NCBI GenBank assembly: GCA_041690355.1
Contig: JAWLHK010000002.1
Coordinates: forward strand, 248,001-283,081
Origin: a bacterium
GTDB taxonomy: Bacteria > J088 > JAWLBW01
Reading direction: 5' to 3'
DNA length: 35,081 bases
The stretch's first letter is position 1. Each line of letters starts with the position of its first letter. Both the position numbers and the translations under genes were made by a program. The notes beneath the pieces were generated by a model. That model worked only from the letters and a program-made list of their open reading frames with translations, did not search any database and was not told where the DNA came from. Shown one piece after another: positions 28,482 through 35,081 of this stretch.

Positions 28482-29732
28482 ATGTCGCTGGAGCATCTGA
28501 AGCAGGCCGATCCCGAAATCTTCGCCGCCATCGAGCGCGAAGCCGCCCGTCAGGAATCGCATCTGGAACTCATCGCGAGCGAGAATTTCGTCTCGAAGGC
28601 CGTCATGGAAGCGGCCGGCTCGGTGCTCACGAACAAGTACGCCGAAGGGTATCCCGGCAAGCGCTACTACGGCGGCTGCGAATTCGTCGACCAGGCCGAA
28701 GTGCTCGCGCAGGAGCGCGCGAAACAGCTGTTCGGCGCCGACTTCGCGAACGTGCAGCCGCATTCGGGCAGTCAGGCGAACATGGCCGTGTATCTGGCTG
28801 AACTGCAGCCGGGCGACACGGTGCTCGGCATGAGCCTGGCCCACGGCGGCCACCTCACCCACGGCAGCCCGGTCAATTTCTCGGGGCTGCTCTACAAAAT
28901 CGTCAGCTACGGCGTGCGCCAGGATACCGGCCGCATCGACTACGATCAGGTGCGCGACCTGGCCCGCGAACACAAGCCGAAGATGATCGTCGTGGGCGCG
29001 AGCGCCTATCCGCGCATCATCGACTTCGAAATCTTCCGCCAGGTGGCCGACGAGGTCGGCGCGTTTCTCATGGTCGACATCGCCCACATCGCGGGGCTGG
29101 TCGTCGCCGGCGAACACCCGAGCCCGGTTCCGCTCGCCGAGTACGTGACCACGACGACGCACAAGACCCTGCGCGGACCCCGCGGCGGCATGATCCTCGG
29201 CCGTGCCGACCGTGAGAAGAAGCTGAATTCGCGCATCTTCCCGGGCATCCAGGGCGGTCCGCTCATGCACGTGATCGCCGCCAAGGCCGTGGCTTTTCAT
29301 GAGGCCCTGCAGCCGTCCTTCAAGGAATATCAGAAGCAGATCCGGAGGAATGCCGCGACGCTGGCGGGAGCGCTGGTCGAGCGCGGGTACAACCTCGTCA
29401 GCGGCGGCACCGACAACCACCTCATGCTCGTGGACCTGACGAACAAGGACATCACGGGCAAGGAAGCCGAAGAGGCACTCGGCGCCGCGGGGATCACCGT
29501 GAACAAGAACGCCGTCCCCTTCGATACGCGGTCGCCGTTCGTGACGAGCGGCATCCGCATCGGCACCCCGGCCATCACGACCCGCGGCATGCGCGAAGAC
29601 GAGATGAAAGTCATCGGCGGCTTCATCGACGACGCCCTGCAGAACCGGGCGAATGCCGATCGACTCGCGGCCATCAAGGGCGAAGTGAACGAGCTGGCCG
29701 ACCGGTTCCCCCTGTACCGCACGAAGGTCTGA
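28482..29732 (+). CDS. glyA: Serine hydroxymethyltransferase
   Basis: [28 protein letters not shown] and [12 protein letters not shown]; start ATG at 28482. Confidence 0.98.
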   Translation: MSLEHLKQADPEIFAAIEREAARQESHLELIASENFVSKAVMEAAGSVLTNKYAEGYPGKRYYGGCEFVDQAEVLAQERAKQLFGADFANVQPHSGSQANMAVYLAELQPGDTVLGMSLAHGGHLTHGSPVNFSGLLYKIVSYGVRQDTGRIDYDQVRDLAREHKPKMIVVGASAYPRIIDFEIFRQVADEVGAFLMVDIAHIAGLVVAGEHPSPVPLAEYVTTTTHKTLRGPRGGMILGRADREKKLNSRIFPGIQGGPLMHVIAAKAVAFHEALQPSFKEYQKQIRRNAATLAGALVERGYNLVSGGTDNHLMLVDLTNKDITGKEAEEALGAAGITVNKNAVPFDTRSPFVTSGIRIGTPAITTRGMREDEMKVIGGFIDDALQNRANADRLAAIKGEVNELADRFPLYRTKV

Positions 29733-29742
29733 GAAGTTCCGG

Positions 29743-30204
29743 ATGCGTTGTCCCCACTGCCGCCATGAGGATCAGAAGGTCATCGATTCGCGCGACGCGA
29801 AAGAGGGGCTGGAGATACGCCGGCGCCGCGAATGCCTGAAGTGCAAGCGGCGGTTCACGACCTACGAACGGGCTGAAGAGATGATGCCCATGGTCGTCAA
29901 GAAGGACAACCGCCGGGAGCTGTTCGATCGGGAGAAGATCCTGCGCGGCCTGCAGACGGCCTGCAAGAAGCGGCCGGTGTCGGCAAACCGGCTCGAGAAG
30001 ATTGCCGACAAGATTGAGGCCGCGGTGCAGGAGCGGGGCGAGCGCGAAGTGCCGTCGGCGCTCATCGGCGAGATGATCATGCGCGAACTTCATCCGCTCG
30101 ACGAAGTGGCCTATGTGCGCTTTGCTTCGGTCTACCGCCAGTTCCGCGACATCGACGAGTTCATGAAGGAAGTCGCGGCCCTCACCCGCAAGCAACGCCT
30201 CTGA
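29743..30204 (+). CDS. nrdR: Transcriptional repressor NrdR
   Basis: CPHC..VIDSR..IRRRREC..C..RFTTYE, an ATP-cone and [10 protein letters not shown]. Confidence 0.97.
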   Translation: MRCPHCRHEDQKVIDSRDAKEGLEIRRRRECLKCKRRFTTYERAEEMMPMVVKKDNRRELFDREKILRGLQTACKKRPVSANRLEKIADKIEAAVQERGEREVPSALIGEMIMRELHPLDEVAYVRFASVYRQFRDIDEFMKEVAALTRKQRL

Positions 30205-30285
30205 CAATTTACAATTTACAATTGACAATTGACAATTGCTGGCAAGAGCTCAGAAATCGTAAATCGTCAATCGTAAATCGTCAAT
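30204..30285. repeat. Two inverted heptamer tandem arrays
   Basis: (ACAATTK)x5 at 30204-30238 and (MAATCGT)x4 at 30254-30281. Confidence 0.9.
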
Positions 30286-30835
30286 TCGCCTGGACGACTT
30301 CGCGGACTTCGGGGACCTGTTCGCGGAGCAGATTCTGAATGCCCATCTTGAGCGTCATGATCGAGCTCGGGCAGCCGCTGCAGGAGCCCTGCAGGTGCAG
30401 ACGGACGACGCCGTCTTCGTAGCTGTCGAAAATGACGTCGCCGCCGTCCTGGGCTACCGCCGGGCGGATGTATTCGTCGAGCACATCCTGAATGCGCCGC
30501 GAGACGTCGTCGGTGGCCCCCGCGTGCTGCTGCACGCCCGCGTCGCCGAGAACCGGCTCGCCGGCCACCAGATGGCGTAGAAGTGCCTCGCTGACCTGCG
30601 GCGCGAGCACCGCCCAGTCGGCAGCATCGCTGCGCGTAGCGGTCACGAAGTCGGTGCCGATGTAAACGCCCTCGACGCCATCGAGGCCGAACAGGCGTCG
30701 AGCCAGCGGACTGGCGCTTCCCGCTTCGGCCGTCGGAAAGTCGCGTCCGCCCGCCGGCAGGAGCTCGCGATTGGTGACGAACTTCAGGGTGCGCGGGTTG
30801 GGGGTCGGTTCAATGCGGACGGTCGTGTCGGACAT
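30281..30835 (-). CDS. Nfu1/NifU-family Fe-S cluster carrier (N-terminal scaffold + NifU-C domain)
   Basis: EPTPNPRTLKF, SPLARRLF, IRPAVAQDGGD and GSCSGCPSSIMTLKMGI. Confidence 0.93.
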   Translation of the reverse strand: MSDTTVRIEPTPNPRTLKFVTNRELLPAGGRDFPTAEAGSASPLARRLFGLDGVEGVYIGTDFVTATRSDAADWAVLAPQVSEALLRHLVAGEPVLGDAGVQQHAGATDDVSRRIQDVLDEYIRPAVAQDGGDVIFDSYEDGVVRLHLQGSCSGCPSSIMTLKMGIQNLLREQVPEVREVVQAN

Positions 30836-30895
30836 GCGGAAACTCCATGATGTTATGTATATCGTACCAAAACAGTCCCATTTCTACCATGGGAG

Positions 30896-30924
30896 TGGAC
30901 ATTGCCTTTCCTTTCCGCTAGAAT
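30896..30924 (+). promoter_or_regulatory. Probable sigma70 promoter for rho (long leader)
   Basis: TGGACA-N17-TAGAAT. Confidence 0.55.
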
Positions 30925-31358
30925 GGACAGAACTGGACTCCTGTCCGACGCGTGTGTCCGGCAAGACGGCTTCCCGAGGCGAGTTCGCCCGAGCCCGCCG
31001 GAACCGCATGTACCGCGACAAGCAGGAAGCATCGCAAGGCGACCGTGAGACCGTCCGGCGCCGCTACCGAAGAACTGAGAATTCCCTCAATCGACCGACG
31101 CGTGTTCGAGGTTCTACGTGGACCTCCATGGCGCACCCTGCGTGCGCACACGCCGATTCTGAGGGGCAGGGTCCGAAGGACCCGCCGGTGAAGGCCAAGG
31201 GGCCCGCCGCCAGCAGACGAAGCGCAGCCCGCCGCCGGGCCGCTGGATGAAGCGCAGGATGAAACCGCGCAGAAAGTAAGCATTGGAGAACCGCAGACCC
31301 CCCGTGCCGCTCATGCGCCGGAGGCTCTCAACGTGTCCACTCACCCGACAGGCCATTC

Positions 31359-33194
31359 TTGAATCAGCGTCCTATCCGCAAACCGCAGCGCGCACCGCGT
31401 ACGCGCGGCGCCGCCAACTCCGAATCCGTCCAGGAAAACCCCACGATGTCTGCCGCACCCGATGCGGCCTCCCAGCCGGTCGCGCCCGCGCCGGTCAGGG
31501 ATGAAGGCGCTTCTGCCGAGGCTCCCGCCGCCCGGCCGCGCCGTGCGCGGCAGCCCGCCCGCAAGGCCGCCGCCGAGAAGCCGTCCGAGTCGGCCCCGCG
31601 CGAAGCGACTGCTGCCGAGCCCGAAGCCGCCGCGCCTGCCGGCCGCCGGCCGTCTTCGGCCGGTAAGACCGCCCCGCTGCCGTTTGCCGACGGCGCCGGT
31701 CAGGCCCGAGCCGAGGCTCCAGCAGAAGCCGTCCCGGAACGCCGAAGCGAACCCGCAGAACGCCGCGCTGACTCTGGTGAACGCGCCGAACGGGGCGAGC
31801 GCGGTGACCGTGGTGACCGTGGGGATCGTGGGGATCGTCCGCAGGGACAGGGGGATCGCCCCCAAGGGCAGGATGATCGCCGCCGTCAGGGCCGCGGCCG
31901 GCGCGACCGTGATCGCCGCAAAGGTCGTAACCGCCAGGGGCGCGACCGCCAGGATCGCGACCGGCAGGATCGCGACCGGCAGGATCGCGGTGACCGGGGC
32001 AACCGCCAGCATGGCAACCGCGGCGGCAATGTGCAGCAGGCCGAGCCCCGCGAGCCACGCATGGAAGAACAGCGCGTGCCCCAGAACGCCGTCGCCATCG
32101 AGGGGATTCTCGAGCACCGGCGCGACGGCTCGGGAGTCCTGCGGCGCGCGGTCGATGCCGAGGGCAACTCGGCCGGCGACGTCTTCATCGGCCAGAACCT
32201 GCGTCCCGCCGATTACCGCATGGGGGTCGTCATGACGGTCGACGCCGTGGTCAGCGGCCGCGCCTTCCCCTTCACGGCCAAGCGCATTGCGGCCGTCGAC
32301 GGCGCCCCCCCGCAGGAAGCGCGCAACGTGCCCCCCTTCGAGCGCGGAACGGTCATCGATCCGATCGAGCATCTTCGCCTCGAGACGGGCAAGGAGCCCA
32401 CCGGCACCCGCCTCGTCGACCTGTTCTGCCCTATCGGCAAGGGCACGCGCGGCCTCATCGTCGCGCCGCCGCGCTCGGGCAAGACGATTCTGCTCAAGCA
32501 GATCGCCCACGCCATCGTCACGAACCATCCCGAAGTCAAGCTCATGATCCTGCTCGTAGACGAGCGGCCCGAAGAAGTCACCGACTTCAGCCGTACGGTG
32601 CCGCAGGCCGAGGTCTGGGCGTCGTCGAACGATCAGAGTATCCAGAGCCACATCGACAGCGCCCGGCTCTGCATCGCCCGCGCGAAGCGGCTGGTTGAAA
32701 AAGGGCAGCACGTCATGATCCTGCTCGACTCCATCACGCGACTCGCCCGTGCGTTCAACGCCGCTGGCGACGGCGCGAAGGGGCGCACAATGTCGGGCGG
32801 CATGGCCGCCGGCGCGATGCAGGAGCCTCGCGCCATGTTCGGCGCCAGCCGTTGCCTCGAAGAAGGTGGCAGCCTGACGATCATCGCCACGGCGCTCGTC
32901 GAAACCGGTTCGGCCATGGACGACCTGATTTTCCAGGAGTTCAAGGGGACGGGCAACATGGAGCTGGTTCTCGACCGCAAACTGGCCGAGAAGCGCCTCT
33001 TTCCCGCCATCGACATCAGCGCCTCGGGCACCCGCAAGGACGAGAAGCTGCTCGATCCGGCCACGCACAAGCGGGTCGGCATCATTCGCCGCTATCTCTC
33101 GGGCATGGACATGGCGACAGGCATGACCCGTCTTCTCGAGGTCGTCGAGAAGACCGAGTCGAACGCCGATCTGCTCAAGAAGTTCGAGCCCTGA
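31359..33194 (+). CDS. rho: Transcription termination factor Rho with a long low-complexity N-terminus (alternative start ATG at 31446)
   Basis: PIGKGTRGLIVAPPRSGKT, LLVDERPEEVTDF, LLDSITRLARAFN, GSLTIIATALVETGS, EFKGTGNMEL and SGTRKDE. Confidence 0.93.
   Translation: MNQRPIRKPQRAPRTRGAANSESVQENPTMSAAPDAASQPVAPAPVRDEGASAEAPAARPRRARQPARKAAAEKPSESAPREATAAEPEAAAPAGRRPSSAGKTAPLPFADGAGQARAEAPAEAVPERRSEPAERRADSGERAERGERGDRGDRGDRGDRPQGQGDRPQGQDDRRRQGRGRRDRDRRKGRNRQGRDRQDRDRQDRDRQDRGDRGNRQHGNRGGNVQQAEPREPRMEEQRVPQNAVAIEGILEHRRDGSGVLRRAVDAEGNSAGDVFIGQNLRPADYRMGVVMTVDAVVSGRAFPFTAKRIAAVDGAPPQEARNVPPFERGTVIDPIEHLRLETGKEPTGTRLVDLFCPIGKGTRGLIVAPPRSGKTILLKQIAHAIVTNHPEVKLMILLVDERPEEVTDFSRTVPQAEVWASSNDQSIQSHIDSARLCIARAKRLVEKGQHVMILLDSITRLARAFNAAGDGAKGRTMSGGMAAGAMQEPRAMFGASRCLEEGGSLTIIATALVETGSAMDDLIFQEFKGTGNMELVLDRKLAEKRLFPAIDISASGTRKDEKLLDPATHKRVGIIRRYLSGMDMATGMTRLLEVVEKTESNADLLKKFEP
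31778..31998 (+). repeat. Coding tandem repeats in the rho N-terminus (9-bp RGD and 15-bp QDRDR units)
   Basis: GGTGACCGT/GGGGATCGT x4; CAGGATCGCGACCGG x2 plus a partial copy at 31950-31989. Confidence 0.85.
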
Positions 33195-33218
33195 TCGCCA
33201 TCCGGCCGGCTTGCACGA

Positions 33219-33259
33219 AGAAAGGCAGATGACGCATGCGTCATCTGCCTTTCTGTTTG
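33219..33259. terminator. Bidirectional intrinsic terminator (perfect 36-bp palindrome)
   Basis: AGAAAGGCAGATGACGCA|TGCGTCATCTGCCTTTCT at 33219-33254, between convergent genes. Confidence 0.85.
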
Positions 33260-33309
33260 TGCGGCCGCGTACGCGTGATGTCCGCGCCGGCCGGGGGTGA
33301 GCGGTTCGG

Positions 33310-34119
33310 TCAGGGCAGGTTGATGTTACCGACCAGTACTGCGTTGGAACTCGGTACGTTCACCGTCGCGCCGCCGGTGGGAAACTTGTTTCGCAGGAGC
33401 GTCACGCCGTTTCCCGAAATCTCGGCGCCGCCGAAGCTGTTGAAAGCGCCCGAAAACCCGTTGGCGTTCGCGTGCAGGGTGCCGGTGACTGAGACGCCGC
33501 GCATGCGCACGTTGCCGCCGCGCACCGTCACGTCTCCTTCGATTACGCTCAGCGGCCCCGCCGTGGGGCTCCAGGCGCCGAAGATCAGGACGCCGTCGGC
33601 CTTCACTTCGAACCCGCCCGGGTATTCGCCCTCCGCGAGCAGGATGATCGTGCCGTCCTTCTCGGCGGCCGCGGCGATGTCGCCGCCGGGGGCGACGCGG
33701 ACGCGGGTTCCGCCGATGGGATAGCGGACAGGGTCGAAAATGGTGCGCACGCCCGCAGCGTCGAGCGCTACGACGACGTCGTACATTTCGCGCGCCTGCT
33801 GGATGCGCACCGGCAGCTTTCCTGTGCCGAAGTCAAAGGTGACGTCTCCCGTGGGCAGCCCCGAAAGCACGGCGATGCCCGCCGTGTCCGTGATGGAGAG
33901 CAGGTTCGTCCCCTCGACGCCGATTTCAACACCGTCGCGCACCAGGCCGGGCGAAACGGTCGTCCGGGAGCCCTGGTTGATGCGCGGGTTCACGAGGATA
34001 ACGGCGCTGGTCGAGGTTCCGAAATCCCCCGGCGTGCCGGTCGTGACGACGGTCGTTTCCGGGTCGCCGCCGCAGGCCGCGGCCGAGGCGAAAAGGAGCG
34101 AGAGTAGAAGGTATCTCAC
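33310..34119 (-). CDS. Hypothetical lipoprotein (beta-sandwich plus a probable beta-helix region)
   Basis: GTG start with GAGGAG RBS; lipobox AAA-C; APGGDIAAA..TIILLAEGEY followed by Gly/Asn-rich beta repeats. Confidence 0.75.
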   Translation of the reverse strand: MRYLLLSLLFASAAACGGDPETTVVTTGTPGDFGTSTSAVILVNPRINQGSRTTVSPGLVRDGVEIGVEGTNLLSITDTAGIAVLSGLPTGDVTFDFGTGKLPVRIQQAREMYDVVVALDAAGVRTIFDPVRYPIGGTRVRVAPGGDIAAAAEKDGTIILLAEGEYPGGFEVKADGVLIFGAWSPTAGPLSVIEGDVTVRGGNVRMRGVSVTGTLHANANGFSGAFNSFGGAEISGNGVTLLRNKFPTGGATVNVPSSNAVLVGNINLP

Positions 34120-34159
34120 GGGACGACTCCTCGCAGCGTCGGGGAGAGTTCGGCGCGCC

Positions 34160-35081
34160 TCAGCGGGAAGACGCTCTCCGGCCGCTGCGCTGATAGAGGT
34201 TTACGGCACGGTTGTGCTCCACCAGCGTCGACGAGAAGTAATGGCTTCCGTCATTCTTGCTGACGAAGTACAGATAGGGTACCGGAGCCGGGTCGACGGC
34301 CGCCAGCAGCGCGTCGATGCCAGGGTTCGCAATAGGCCCGGGGGGCAGACCGGGAATCCGGTACGTATTGTAGGCCGTGTGTTCGAGCAGGTCCTTCTTC
34401 CGGATGTTCCCATCGAATTCGCTCATGCCGTAGATGACCGTGGGGTCGCTCTGCAGGCGCATACGCTTGGTCAGCCGGTTGTTGAACACGGCGCTGATCA
34501 GACGTCGCTCCGATGCCTGGCCGGTCTCCTTCTCGATGATCGAGGCCAGGGTCACCGCCTGCGGGATGGTCAGCCCGAGGGCGGCTGCCCGGCGGTCGTA
34601 GTCTTCGGGGAGGCTTTTCCAGAACCGGTCGACCATGGCCCGGACAATGCGCTCGGCGCCGATCCCGCGCGCAAAGAAATAGGTGTCGGGGTAGAGGTAC
34701 CCCTCGGCGGTCGCGCCGCGGATACCCAGGGACTGCACGAAGGTCGTGTCGGTGACCATGCGCACGAAATCGGTGCGCGAGCCCAGGCCGGCCTTCTCGA
34801 CCGCCTCGGCGACCTGAAACATATTCCAGCCTTCGGGAATCGTGACGGCATGCTGGGCCACCTGCGCCCGGCGGATGCGACGGAGCAGGTCGAGTGCCGA
34901 GTCGCCCGGCTCGACGACATATTCGCCGGCCTTGATGTCGCGGATGCTCGGATCGATGCGCCCCCAGACGCGGATGAAGAACGGGCGCGGATTCAGCCCT
35001 TCTTCAGTCAGGCGATTCAGCACGCTGCCGAAACTTTCGCCCCGTTCGACCATGAAGTACCGCTGGTCGGCCTGCAGCGGC
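34160..35081 (-). CDS. mltG: Endolytic transglycosylase MltG (5' end outside the window)
   Basis: IKAGEY, VTIPEG, EGYLYPDTY, LASIIEKET, LQSDPTVIYG, YNTY..GLPPGPIANPG and YLYFVS; the frame is open to the window edge. Confidence 0.96.
   Translation of the reverse strand, partial: PLQADQRYFMVERGESFGSVLNRLTEEGLNPRPFFIRVWGRIDPSIRDIKAGEYVVEPGDSALDLLRRIRRAQVAQHAVTIPEGWNMFQVAEAVEKAGLGSRTDFVRMVTDTTFVQSLGIRGATAEGYLYPDTYFFARGIGAERIVRAMVDRFWKSLPEDYDRRAAALGLTIPQAVTLASIIEKETGQASERRLISAVFNNRLTKRMRLQSDPTVIYGMSEFDGNIRKKDLLEHTAYNTYRIPGLPPGPIANPGIDALLAAVDPAPVPYLYFVSKNDGSHYFSSTLVEHNRAVNLYQRSGRRASSR

Noticed and set aside
30204-30285. CRISPR array or replication-origin iterons
   Set aside because: The units are 7 bp with no spacers, and there are no cas, rep or dnaA genes or clustered DnaA boxes.
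30990-31200. Possible SRP RNA, RNase P RNA or riboswitch upstream of rho
   Set aside because: GGAACCGC...AGGAAGCA only loosely resembles SRP. The conserved CAGG..GNRA..AGCAG helix is absent, and I saw no rnpB, tmRNA or riboswitch signature.
31341-33068. 575-aa minus-strand ORF
   Set aside because: Antisense shadow of rho.

Overview
GC-rich bacterial chromosome segment, most likely from Myxococcota or a related deltaproteobacterial lineage (a MYXO-CTERM-like tail, DUF4388-like/TPR proteins and the fab-rpiB-glyA-nrdR order point that way). Left to right it holds: (1) a minus-strand surface-protein cluster (S8-like protease with FG-GAP repeats, outer-membrane beta-barrel, lipoprotein); (2) a thiolase; (3) two DUF4388-like/TPR proteins flanking peptide deformylase, then a membrane protein and a DUF2804-like protein; (4) an alternative complex III operon (actABCDEF) with atypical ActA and ActB; (5) a minus-strand five-gene operon encoding a phasin-like protein, an atypical SDR, an orphan ParA, an acyltransferase and an RHH/AK-rich protein, preceded by a separately terminated 34-aa basic ORF; (6) an Ig-like lipoprotein; (7) yceD-rpmF-fabD-fabG-acpP-rpiB-glyA-nrdR, lacking plsX, fabH and fabF; (8) an Nfu-type Fe-S carrier; (9) Rho with a long disordered N-terminus; (10) a lipoprotein and a 5'-truncated mltG. 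I found no rRNA, tRNA, CRISPR array or mobile element. The best candidate for an undescribed system is the operon at 20118-23823, which may make lipid inclusions and position them with a ParA ATPase. All family calls come from motif recognition by eye; no database searches were run.
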